DNA of 62,071 nucleotides from Chiloscyllium plagiosum (Eukaryota), in contig NC_057735.1 in assembly GCF_004010195.1 (NCBI RefSeq), positions 11,286,441-11,348,511 of the forward strand. The letters are read 5' to 3'. The notes under the pieces are model-generated. The model saw only the letters and a program-made list of their open reading frames with translations. It made no database searches and had not been told where the DNA came from. Positions 50,250 through 62,071 of this stretch are shown here, piece after piece (the first letter of the stretch is position 1; each line of letters opens with the position of its first letter). Made by a program: the position numbers and the translations under genes.

Positions 50250-52995
50250 TAGGTAAGCTTGCAGCATGGATAGGTACCTGGGCCTTAGATGTTATGGCCA
50301 TTTCGGAGACATGGATAGAGCAGGGTGAAGAATGGATGTTGCAGGTTCCAGGGTTTAGATATTTCATTAAGAACAGGCAAGATGGTAAAAGAGGGGGAGG
50401 TGTGGCCTTGTTAGTCAAGGATAGTATAGTGGTGGCTGAAAGAACTTTTGACGAGGTCTTGTCTACTGAGGTGGTATGGGTTGAATTTAGAAACAGGAGA
50501 GGAGAGGTCACACTGCTTGAAGTTTTTTTTATAGGCCTCCAAAGAGTTCCAGGGCGGTGGAGGAGAGGTTTGGCAAAATTATTCTGGATAGGGGTGAAAA
50601 GAACAGGGTGGTCATTATGGAGGACTTTAACTTCCCAACATTGTGTGTATAGGAGGGTTTCCTGACACAGTATGTCGAAGGGCCGACAAGAGGGGAGGCC
50701 ACACTGGATCTGGTGCTTGGTAATGAACCAGGCCAGGTGTTTGATTTAGTATTAGGTGAGCACTTTGGAGAGAGTGACCATATATCAGCTACGTTTAGCT
50801 TAGCGATGGAAAGGGATAGGTACATGCCACAGGTCAAGAGTTATCAATGGGGCAAGGGCAATTATAATGCAATTAGGCAAGAATTAGGATGCATAGTATG
50901 GGGTTGCAAAATGCAGGGGATACAGACAATGGAAATGTGGAGGTTTAAGGAACAGATATTGCATGTCCTTGATATGTATGTCCTGTCTGGCAGGGAGGAA
51001 GTGGTAAAGTAAGGGAATCGTGGTTTACTAAAGAAATTGCATCTCTTGTTAAGCGGAAGAAGGAGGCTTACGTGTTGATGAGGCAAGATGGTTCAGATGA
51101 GACGATGGAGAGTTACAAATCAGCTTGGAAGAATTTAAAGAGAGAGTTAAGAAAAGCAAAGAGAGGACATGAGCAGTCTTTAAAAAATAGAGTAAAGGAG
51201 AACCCTAAAGCTTTCTATAGGTATGTGAGGAATAAAAGGATGACTAGGGTAGGAATAGGGTCAGTCAAAGACAGAAGTGGGAAGGTGAGTATGGACCCTG
51301 TGGAGATCGGAGAGGTGCCAAACAAACACTTCTCATCGGTTTTCACTCAGGAAAAAGAGAAGAATAGGATATGAGATATTAGACGAGAAAGGATCAAGGT
51401 TAGTCACAAAGAGGTGTTATCAATTCGAGAAGGAGGGAAAGTAGACAAGTCCCTGGGCCAGATGGATTTTATCCAAGGATTCTCTGGGAGGCTAGGGAGG
51501 AGATAGGAAAGCCTTTGGCTTTGATATTTGAGTCGTCATTTTCTACAGGTTTAGTACCAGAGGACTGGAGGATTGCAAATGTTGTGCCTTTATTCAAGAA
51601 AGGCAGTAGAGATGACCCAGGTAATTATAGACCAGTGAGTCTTACTTCTGTTGTATGAAAGGTTTTGGAAAGGATTATAAGAGATAAGATTTATAATCAT
51701 CTAACCAAGCAACAATTTGATTTCAAATAGTCAACATGGTTTTGTCAAGGGCAGGTCGTGTTTCACAAACCTCATAGAGTTTTTTGAGAAAGTGACCAAG
51801 CATGTAGATGAGGGTAGGGGCAGTTGACATGGTGTACTTGGACTTCAGTAAAGCCTTTGATAAGGTTCCACATGGTAGGCTGTTGGAGAAAATGCAGATG
51901 CATGGAATTGAGGATGATTTAGTAGTTTGGATTAGAAACTGGCTTTCTGAAAGAAGGCAGCATGTGGTGGTTGATGGAAGATATTCAGCCTGGTGTCCGG
52001 TTACTGGTAGTGTGCCACAAGGATCTGTTTTGGGACCACTGCTGTTTGTCATTTTTATAAATGACTTAGACCCAGGCATAGGTGGATGGATTAGTAAATT
52101 CGCAGATGAAACTAAAGTTGGTGGAGTAGTGGACAGTTTGGCAGAATGTTACAGGTTGCAGGGGAACTTGGATAAATTGCAGAATTGGGCTGAGAGATGA
52201 CATGGAGTTCAATGCAACTAAATGTGAGGTGATTCACCTTGGGAAGAATAACACGAAGGCAGAGTACTGGGTCAATGGAAAGATTCTTGGTAGTGTGGAA
52301 GTGCAGAGGGATCTTGGAGTCCATGTACATAGATCTTTGAAAGTTGCCACCCAGGTGGATAGTGCTGTTAAGAAGGCATATGGTGTATTAGGTTTCATTC
52401 ATAGAGGGATTGGGTTCCGGAGCCGCAATATCATGCTGCAACTATACAAAACGCTACAGCAGCCGCACCTAGAATAATGTGTATAGTTCTAGTCGCCTTA
52501 TTTCGGGAAGGATGTGGAAGTATTGGAAAAGGTGCAGAGGAGATTTACCAGGATGTTGCCTGGTCTGGGGGAAGGTCTTATGAGGAAAGGCTGAGAGATT
52601 TGGGTCAGTTCTCATTGGAAATAAGAAGGCTAAGAGGGGACTTGATAGAGACATACAAGATGATCAGAGGATTAGATAGGGTAGACAGTGAAAGTCTTTT
52701 TCCTAGGATGATGACGTCAGCTTGTATGAGACGGCATAACTACAAATTGAGGGGTGATAGATTTAAGACACATATCAGAGGCAGGTTCTTTACTCAGAGA
52801 GTGGTAAGGGCGTGGAATGCCCTACCTGCCAATGCAGTTAACTCAGCCACATTAGGGAGATTTAAACAATCCTTAGATAAGCACATGGATGATGATGGGA
52901 TAGTGTAGGGGGGACGAGCCGAGAATAGTTCACAGTCGGCGCAACATTGAGGGCCGAAGGGCCTGTTCTGCGTTGTATTGTTCTATGTTCTATGA
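50250..52995 (+). mobile_element. HER1/CR1 LINE, most of ORF2 (APE + RT), disrupted
   Basis: AISETW..GGGVALLV; SDH; YLDFSKAFDKVPH; SVPQGSVLGP; FADETK; (TTCTATG)n tail. Confidence 0.97.
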
Positions 52996-53102
52996 AAATA
53001 GTGTGGAAACCAAGAGAAGGGAATATTAATGTTAATGTCCTTTTGTTTCAATTAAGTGAAAAGTATTACATTTTAAAGTTTACTATGTTTTAACATTTAC
53101 AG

Positions 53103-53438
53103 TTACGCATGCTTCAATTAGTGGACCAGAAGAAAAAACTGGACATGTGGGAGAATCTGTCACAATCCAATGCAGATTTGACACATATTTTAGAAATTAT
53201 CAGAAGTGCTGGGGCAAAGGCTACTATAGGAGAAGCTGTACTGTTTTGGTACAAACTAATGGCCCTGAAAGGAGTAGTCATGATGGCAGAATAAGAATTA
53301 CAGCTGATAATGCAAAAGGACAACTTACAGTACTTATGTACCAGATAAGAAAAAGTGATAAAGGATGGTACTGGTGTGGAATAGATAGACCTAACCTTCT
53401 GAATCCATTAACTCCCATACAACTTAAAGTTCTTAAAG
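53103..53438 (+). CDS. CD300/pIgR-like receptor gene 2, exon 2 (IgV domain)
   Basis: TTTACAG acceptor, phase 1-1, GTAAAG donor; GESVTIQCRF..KCWGKG....C..DKGWYWCG; clear paralog of 28227-28559. Confidence 0.93.
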
Positions 53439-53784
53439 GTAAAGCGCAACATATGCTAACTGGTCTGTTTATTTTTCAACAGTATATTTTTGTTCAATAA
53501 TAAGTTGATATAAGATCCTGACTTTTCAGTAATGTATTAAAATTGTAATATTGTGAACTAGAGTAATAGCTAAAAGCAATCTGCTGCTCTTTGTTTTTTT
53601 TCTATCTAATTAGCATTTCATGTTTATCTCAGTAAACACAGCTAATTCCTCTTCATAGTTTAGTATAGAGCTATAACATCTGCATCTGCAGTCATTTTTT
53701 TTACCATGTTATCGATGGGCCAGGCCTCATGCCATTCTGTGGCAGGCTTGTACTTTACATGTTAACGATCTAGATGAAGGAACA

Positions 53785-54197
53785 CTTGATGGAGTTTAGA
53801 AGGAATGGTGGGGGTGGAGGGGGAAATCTAATCGACACATACAGAATGAGGAATGACCTGAACAGAGTAGATGCTGGGAAGGTGTTTCCATTGGTAAGAG
53901 AGAGTAGGACCCGAGGGCACAGCCTTAAAGTAAAGGGAAGACCTTTTAGACCAGAGATAAGGAGAATCATTGTCAGATAAGGAGAAACATCTTCTGTGGA
54001 ATTCATTGCACCAGAAGGCTGTGGAGGTCATTATATTTAAGACTGAAATAGATAGGTTCTTGAGTATCAAGCGGATCAAGGGTTACAGGGACAAAGCAGG
54101 AGAATGGAGTTGAGGAACCTATCTGCCATGATTGAATGGTGGAGCAGACTTGATGGGCTGAATAGCCTAATTTCTGCTCCTATGTCTTATGGTCTTA
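53785..54197 (+). mobile_element. CR1 LINE 3' fragment
   Basis: FPLVRESRTRGHSLKVKG. Confidence 0.85.
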
Positions 54198-55030
54198 CTT
54201 ATAACAACTTGCATGGCATGAACATGCATTTTTGTAAATACGTCCAGCCCTCAAGATCAAGTCAGCAGAGCCCAAGATGCTCAGCACACTTGGTCTACAT
54301 AGATTGAAAGGAGCCATATACAAGTTGCTTCCTACAGTTATGTCTGTGGTTCATCAATTTTCCTGATTGAATGCTGTGGCACACAGGAGGGGTTCAGGAG
54401 AACACAGCTTCCATGGAGGTTCGATAATGGCAAGGGTACGGGTCAGTCGTGAGGGTGAATGGGGCGGACAGTGTTAAAGGCCATAATAGAGAAGAAAAGG
54501 CATCAAAGGGAGGACAGAGGTTGAAGTTAGGGGATGGGATGTTGTATATTCCTTATTTTTCTAGAGGGTTAGTGATGTATGAACTGCACTCATTAGACTC
54601 TGTAGGACCAACCAGTTGCCTTTGCCAATCAATAAAGCAATCACTATTTGAACCTGCAAATGGTCTTTAATTGCAGGTGAAGTAACACACAGGCCTGTGC
54701 CTGTTTCACAGGGAGCTCCTCAAAACCCATACCTCTTGAAACTCTCAGAGCCTTTTGAGGCCCCAGCCCAGCTCGAACCTGGCTTACAAAGGGTTACTTA
54801 TAGCGAACATGGTTGATGACATCAGTTAGGCATCCCTGGAGAGCAGCAACAGAGCAATTCAAGGTCATTTTCTAAATAGATTCATTATTACTTTTGCTGT
54901 TGACACATTGAAAATGAGTTTTCACTGCCTTGAGCACTGACTCTGCAGAGCCTACTACAGAGGGGACCCCAAATAGCTGTGGTCTGCTGTGTACTGCACA
55001 CTCCACTGTGCAACAGGGTCATCTTACAGC

Positions 55031-55145
55031 AGGAGAAAGTGAGGACTGCAGATGGTGGAGAGTCCTGATGAAGGGCTTATGCCTGAAACATCGAGTCTCC
55101 TGCTCCTCAGATGCTGTCTGACCTGCTGTGCTTTTCCAGTACTAT
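55031..55145. mobile_element. PLE mini-element
   Basis: Core CTGATGAAGGGCTTATGCCTGAAAC at 55065-55089. Confidence 0.75.
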
Positions 55146-56829
55146 CTTTTTTGACTTTGCATTTTACAACAGGGCAAGCACACAGAGCTCCACTCCTCCT
55201 CAGATCAGACTGAGTTATGTGAACTTGAGGAGGAAGCCATGAATGTGAATGAGTCCTAGACAAATGTACTGGACTATCAGGGTCAACCTTATATTGGCAC
55301 GGTTTGCCCAAGAGTGAGGCACAACCACGAACACTACCTCTCTAATGCCTCTCTGGGATGTCGACCTATTCAACCCATTCTATCACACACAACCAAAAGT
55401 CTTACTTCTTCCTAAACTGAGGAGATTCCAAATCTCCTGGTTAATTTTTTAAAAACTTTTTTTTGCTATTTTCCCCCGCACTACTGCCTAACAACGGTAG
55501 TGCTTATATTTTCCCCAACATCCATGTTGTGTGTGCGAAGGTTGAGACACAGTGAAAGACAACAGGTGTACAAATATTTATTCATTTCCCACCACCAGGA
55601 AGAAAGGAGACACCAGAGTGGCTAGTAATAAGCAGTGCCCTTCACATCAAAGGACAATGCTGCGTGATCAAAATGTGAAGGGGAGGGCAGGGAATAAATC
55701 AAAATAGAGTTGGTGGGGACCAAAAGTGTCTTATTCCTAACACCAAATCATCTGAGGTACTTTTTATCCAATATCCGCCACCAACAATCATTAGTTTCCA
55801 ATTAATCAAATTATGTGCAAAGTCTATTGAGGGCAATAACACTAAAGCTGAGGAAGTGAGGGGGAGGATTAGATCAAAATGAAGTTGGAGGGAGAGTTAA
55901 AGCACTCCATCCCTGTGGTGCATTAATTGCATAATATTAATATTTCCTATTCAACCTGTTCAGAAATACTATGACTCACCTCTGGAGCAGGTGAGGTATC
56001 GTAAACCCAGGTCTCCTGGCTTAGAGGTCGGGACACCATGACATCACCTTTAACCAATTATTTAATATTGATATTTTCTAATCAACTGTTCCGAAATGTT
56101 ATTACATGCCTCTGGGGCAAGTGGGACTAGAATCCAGGGATTTAGTTAATATTAGCTCTGGCACTTACATTGGTCACTTGTGTCGGCCTCTGTGAGTACA
56201 ATCAGCTGAGAAAATCTGTAGGCAGGGCATTAGCCAACAGGTAAAGAGAGCTAAATTTGTTTATATTGGAATGCAAGTTTATTCAAATTGGACAAAAGAT
56301 ATTGGATTGCCTTAACTGAAAACTAAATAAATGAAATACTTGAGTTGGAACCCAAGATCAGTGCAGTGTAACGCAGTAACCCAGAAGACAGGAATATTCT
56401 GTTCCTGAAAACTGACAATTGGAGTTGCTGAATTTCCTGACTCATCCCTTGCCAGTCCACACAGCCATCTTGTGTGTTTAATATCCTGGTGTAAGAAAGA
56501 CATGATACCCTGACATAATGCATTTGGTATTAAAACATCTTTGCCCTTGTTTATGTTCTTTTCTCATTTTTTTACCTAAGAACCTGTACTGAAGTATCTG
56601 TACCTAGGTAATTTTGTACCTAAGATCTCACTGTAAGTGGCGACTTTCACTGTATTCATGTGAGTACATGTGACAATAAAGCTAATCCAATTCAAAACAA
56701 CTTGTCATGATATACCAAGTTTGTCACTGTAAAGCTAATAGGAACAAATGTTTTCAGGACCTTCTTTAATCCTATCAGATCTCTCCAGGATAATAATCTT
56801 TTTTAAATGTAAAAACCAAACTTCCCCAG

Positions 56830-56985
56830 AAGCTGGAAATCAGAAACAAAATCAAAAGTTGCTGGAAAAACTCATCAAGTCTGTTTAATTCTGAAGAAGG
56901 GTCATTGACCTGAAACGTTAAGTCTGTTTTCTCTCCACAGCTGCGGCCAGGCCTGCTGGGTTTTTCCAGCAATTTCTGATTTTTA
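56830..56985. mobile_element. Palindromic PLE mini-element
   Basis: GCTGGAAAAAC / GTTTTTCCAGC arms; core CTGAAGAAGGGTCATTGACCTGAAACGTTA at 56891-56920. Confidence 0.7.
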
Positions 56986-57214
56986 AATTTAACTCTTGTG
57001 GTTTCATGTATTTAGGAGTTGCCAATTACAACTCTTCACACTGGCTCTGGCCAAAGTTTAACACGGCAAACCTGAGAAGGTCTGGAGCATGAACATGAAC
57101 ATCAAGAGGAATATCTTGGCCTTTGCTTGGGTAAACTTTAATCTGATCAGGTCAGAAATAGGGTTTCTGACTCTGATCAGTACATCTGGACTAATGTGTT
57201 ATACTGTCTATTGG

Positions 57215-57905
57215 CCCACCCATCTGCATTCCGCAGATACCATTCCCTCTGTGACTCCACGCTCCCCCCCCCACCAACCCACCCTCCACTCCGGGCACCT
57301 GCCCTTGCCACTGCAAGAAGTGCAAAAATTGTGCCCACATCTTCCCCTTCACCTTCGTCCAAGGCTATAAAGGATCCTTCCACATCCAACAGAGATTTAC
57401 CTGCATTTCCATACACATCATCCACAGTGGCCATTGTTCTCGATGTGGTCTTCTCTACATTGGGGAGAAAGGATGCCAAATTGGGGAATATTTCAGAGAA
57501 CATCTCTGGGACACATGTGCTAAACAACCCTACCATCCTGTGGCCGAACACTTTAACTCACCACCCCCCCCAACTCCGCCAAGGACATGCCTCATCCACC
57601 ACTAAACTCTAACCACCTGATGCCTGGAGGAAGAAAGCCTCATCTTCCACCTTGGGACCCTCCAACCACACAGGATCATTGCCAATTTCACCAGTATCTC
57701 CCTACAACAACCCCCCACCCCCACCCCTCCCCCCACCCACCCACCACCATTTATCTCTCCTCCTTAGGCCATCTCTATTCCAGATGAAGAATGCATGCTC
57801 GAAACGTTGACTGTTCTGCTCCTCGGATGCTGCCTGACTGGCTGTGCTTTTCCAGCACCACACTTTTGACTCTGATTTCCAGCATCTGCAGTCCTCACTT
57901 TCTCC
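57215..57905 (+). mobile_element. Penelope-like element 3' part (GIY-YIG and terminal repeat)
   Basis: AFRRYHSLCDS; HCSRCGLLYIGE; terminal repeat ending CAGTCCTCACTTTCTCC. Confidence 0.85.
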
Positions 57906-58161
57906 TAATAGATACATTTGTCTTACAAACAATATACGCTTAGGCCTTTTCATGATAGATCCACCTTGAGAATCAAGGACATCCTGGAGTAATAGTGTTG
58001 CATAAGGCAAGATTTTGTTGACAGAACCTGCTGAGGGAATCAAAGACATGTTGGTTAGCATTTTTCTACACAATAAATCATGATTTAGTTGGGACAGAAA
58101 GGCTTTTCTTGTACCTATATGCAACGATTGTAAAATGTGTCTTAAAGAACAATGTCCACAA

Positions 58162-59945
58162 TTTAAATGATTTAACAGCAATTGTAGAGGTTATATGATT
58201 TTACCACAGCTTGCAATAGTCATTCTGTCACTAACAATTAAACAGTTGATCCAATTCTTCAAACAACACTAAGAAGGAAAACAATTAGTCTTTTATATAG
58301 CATCAGAGTGTTGTACCACGAATGTACTGGTACTTATTTATTCAAACTAGACATTTTGTAAAGTCTGAGGGTGTCATAACTGAAAACTCTCCTTTCAGTC
58401 CTCACATGTGGTAATTCTAAGCTCATGAGTGTTAAAGGGAAGGAAATGACTGGTTAGAGAGTTCATTCCAGAAGCAGGGCCACTGAAGTAAAGATTTGAG
58501 TGTGGAACGTGGTGCTGTAAAACATTAAAACAATGAGTTTCACCTTCCTCTTGTCCATTGTTTTCCTATCAGGTAAGAAAGTAATGGTGTTTGGATTTTT
58601 GGATTTTTGGGACGTTTGGATATATGTAATTAAGTGACTGATAAAGTATGATCAGCAGAAAATGTTGCGACATTGAGAGAGCTGACAATAAATGTATTCT
58701 GCTTTCCAAAAGTGGTTTCTTTTTCAAAATCATCAATGATTGTCTTCAGGGAAAAAAGATTACCACATCTCCTATTTTATGTACAAACAATACAATGAAA
58801 TCTTAGTTTTACGAACTCAAATCTCTGCTTTATAACTTATTTTCTTTTCATTGATTTAAACCAGGATGAGGTGAATTTTCTGAACGGACAGATTACTGCT
58901 TGTGCTGAATTAGTAATAATGCAACTTAAGAAAGGGTTTAAATTCTGTCGTTCAAAGCACTTTATATTGACTGACTTGTGCAATTGGTCATAAGGTTTTA
59001 GTTCATTGATCAGTTGACAGATACCAACCAAATTTGAATTAGAGCTTAATGCAAGGAGTTGTTTGAAATCATGATCAATGTAGTGTGAATATTAAGTAAG
59101 ATATTTCGTATTCATCACTTGAACATCCCAGTTCCTGTAACATACACCAGAACAAATCAAAGAAATAAAATATCTTGTTATTTTTGAATGTCTGTTAACG
59201 ACATTGAGATTTTATTCTGGAACATTTGAATAAACTTGCTTGGTGACAATGTTTAACATGGATATGAATCATTGCCTTTGGGAATCTGTATTAATGCCTT
59301 AACTTATAAATTAATAAAACAGCTTTGTACTCATATTGACTAAAAATCAAATCTGGTGTGCTAAATAGATAGAATGTTACAACTAATTGTTTGCATAAGT
59401 TACAAGTCTCTGACTTTTTATCTGTAGCTATTATTGATTTATTTAGCTGAGGTTTAAATTACAATGGATAATAGACCACATTTGTTTATATATTTTAACA
59501 CTGATAAACAGAGGACTCATTTAGTTCCACTTACATTGTCTTTCTGACTAGAGAATGATTCTATATTCCTCCACTCCTAAAACCACCCCTAACCTAACCC
59601 TCCACACCACCACTCCGAAACCAAGGATGGTATTTGAAGACTTTTGCCAGACAAAAGAGTTGTTAGTTATGCAAAACAAAACTCCTGCTAGGTAAGTTGT
59701 AGGTAAGTTGTAGGTAAGTTGGGAAGCCCCCATCACCAGAAAATATAAAATTAAGAAATGATGCACAGATATATTGCGCCATCCTTTCTCCATTATTCCT
59801 AACAATTTCATTTCAATGTGAATGGAATCAATTCTACTAGAGCTAGGGCTCTGCAGAACCAACATAAGTAAAGTTGGGACCATTTCAAGAGCCATTAACA
59901 TTGAGATTTATGTCAAAACACATAGAAACATTGGTCTATCCTTTA
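58162..59945 (+). repeat. Segmental duplicate B (promoter and exon 1 of gene 3)
   Basis: Colinear with 40425-42270. Confidence 0.92.
58533..58572 (+). CDS. CD300/pIgR-like receptor gene 3, exon 1 (signal peptide); V exon expected beyond the window
   Basis: MSFTFLLSIVFLS+G|GTAAG; 12/13 aa identical to the gene 2 leader. Confidence 0.85.
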
Positions 59946-60644
59946 GTTGTAGAAGATTATAACAATGTGAAAATTGATGCAAAAATATTGAATAAATTAT
60001 TCTTTATACATTAAAGCTTTATGTATTAAATTATACTGATTGTCTCAATATGTTTGGCTAATAATGTGAACAGATGTCAAAGTTGGTTACAAAAGCAGTT
60101 TCACTTCTTGTTTCTTGAACTCAATGGGACAAAATATGAGAATGGCTAAGAAGAAACAAACCGTTCTGTGAATGCACCGCAATCTTATTCCGGTTCATTT
60201 AAATTGTGTCCAGACTCATGACAGGCAAAACGTTCTAGGTGCAATCTGTGAGAAGACTGTAGCCAGCTACATCTGTCCCAGCTCTGAGTCTCTTGCCTCC
60301 CCAGAACCAAGTCACTCATTCTAGAGCTGCCTCTGTTCCATCTTTGCCACTGAATTCTGCATCTGCTGTGTCAGTGCCATGACCTTCTTTGCGGTAAAAT
60401 AATTCCAGTTCTACTCTTCTACGTGCCTGAAGCTTTAGTGCTGCTCCATTACATCTCAGCAATATAAAGTGCCACATATCAGCTTGTCTGCAAAGATAAG
60501 GCCAACGAAATGAAAGTTTGGCAGCACCAGTACTGCGCAGTTGAGTGACATGACATGCAGCAGTGCCAGTGGTGAACAGTCCCTTCTCAGGCTGCAGGCA
60601 ATGACATGCTAGGGTTCCCCATTGCTCGGCAATTAGACCACTGC

Positions 60645-61505
60645 TGTTCTTGATCCATGTTAATGATCCAGGGCACAATTTTAAAATGTGCTGATGACAC
60701 AACATATAGACACACTCAGAATTGTGAAGATGACAGTGATAGACAACAAGAAAGCATTCACAATGGAATGGGCAGGCAGGTGTCATATGAAATTTAATGC
60801 AGAAAAGTGTGAAGGGATTTGTTTTGGTATGAGGATTGCAGCGACCATTGTTGACTATGGCAAGATAGGTTATGGAACTGATTAATAGATGTTACAGAAT
60901 CCTGGGCTTCACAAATAAATGAATAGTGTACTAAAGCAAGGAAGCTATAGTGAACCCGTTATAAAATATTAGTTCAGAATCAATTGGAGTACCATGTCCA
61001 TATCTGGGCGCCTCACTTTAGGAAGGCTGCAAAGATATTTGAGGTGGTGCAGAGAAAATGAAAAAGAATAATTCCAAAGATGAATATCTATAGTAATGTG
61101 GACATGTTAGTATTGTTGTCTTTTAAGGAGTTTGAGAAGAGATTAGGTAGAGATACAATCAAAAACATGAGGGATGTTAACAGCGTAGCTACAGAAAAAC
61201 TGAACACTTTGGCACAGGAGTTGAGAAACATAAAGCATCGAATTAATGTGAATGGCAAAAGAACCAAAGGTAACTTGATGTAAAGCTGTTTTACAGCTCA
61301 AGTGGTCAGAATCTGGAATGCACTGCCTGAGAACATAAAACAGGCATGTTCAATCATAGCTTTGCCAAAGATCATTACCTGAAAAGAAATGAATTGCTGG
61401 ACTATAAGGAAAGTGCAGGGGAGTTAAGTGCTGAGTTGCTGCTGCATGGCTCCAGCAGGGAAGCAATGAGCTAAATGGTCTCATTTCGAGCAATGCATTC
61501 TATGA
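60645..61505 (+). mobile_element. Old CR1 LINE fragment
   Basis: EWAGRCHMKFNAEKCE; QLEYHVHIWAPHFRK. Confidence 0.8.
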
Positions 61506-61822
61506 TTTAGTGAAGGTTCTGAAACCTCACGTTGTAAATCTAAAGTGACAGTGGATTGGAGATCAAGATTTGGAAGGTTAAGAGGATGAACTTTGGGGCC
61601 ATTTGATTTGCTGCTCCTAGTATATTTTAGAAATATACTGAAGTAACAACAGGATCAATCTCACGTTGAGGGGCTATCATGCACTGAATGATACATCCAA
61701 TTCACTCGGAATGTTTCTCTATCACAGTAACTCTTCCTTCAACCCTGGGGGCAAACTTTACTCTCTCACCGCTTTACCCATGCATTGTCCCATTCTCAAA
61801 ATGTATGGGTTTACTGTAATTT

Positions 61823-62071
61823 ACCAAACCATCATCTCCCAGACCATCCATAACCTCATCACCTCGGGGGATCTCCCATCCACCGCCTCCAACCTCATAG
61901 TCCCACAACTCCGCACCTCCCGCTTCTACCTCCTGCCCAAAATCCACAAACCTGACTGCCCCGGCCGACCCATTGTCTCCGCCTGCTCCTGCCCCACCGA
62001 ACTCATCTCCGCATACCTTTACACCGTCCTGTCCCCCTTAGTCCAAGAACTCCCCACCTACGTTCAGGACA
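61823..62071 (+). mobile_element. Penelope-like element RT region (continues beyond the window)
   Basis: Open frame ..RFYLLPKIHKPDCPGRPIVSACSCPTELIS.. Confidence 0.92.

Noticed and set aside
54677-54820. Pro-rich open frame after TTGCAG as the stalk exon of gene 2
   Set aside because: Phase-compatible, but it has no similarity to the gene 1 stalk, no good donor and no following TM exon; unsupported without RNA data

Overview
Eukaryotic, repeat-rich genomic DNA, almost certainly from an elasmobranch (HE1-type tRNA SINEs, HER1/CR1 LINEs, Deu-domain SINEs; species not determinable by eye). Three components stand out. (1) A degenerate endogenous retrovirus on + (~3.7-11.1 kb) with 5' LTR, tRNA-Lys-like PBS, gag with two CCHC knuckles, protease, RT (YVDD), tether plus RNase H, integrase and an env-like stub, but no 3' LTR. 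Its LTR carries an inverted ~315-bp copy of its own gag, which predicts a long hairpin RNA. (2) A tandem cluster of CD300/pIgR/MDIR-like single-IgV receptor genes on +. Gene 1 is a complete 4-coding-exon, 172-aa model with an Arg-containing TM and a 4-aa tail (activating type). Gene 2 has leader and V exons with no visible TM exon. Gene 3 has a leader exon in a duplicated block that runs off the window. (3) Many Penelope-like element relics, including short palindromic units with minimal hammerhead-ribozyme cores and long target-site duplications. Nearly all ORFs in the supplied track are TE-derived or spurious. Repeat boundaries are approximate and family names come from motif recognition, not a database search.
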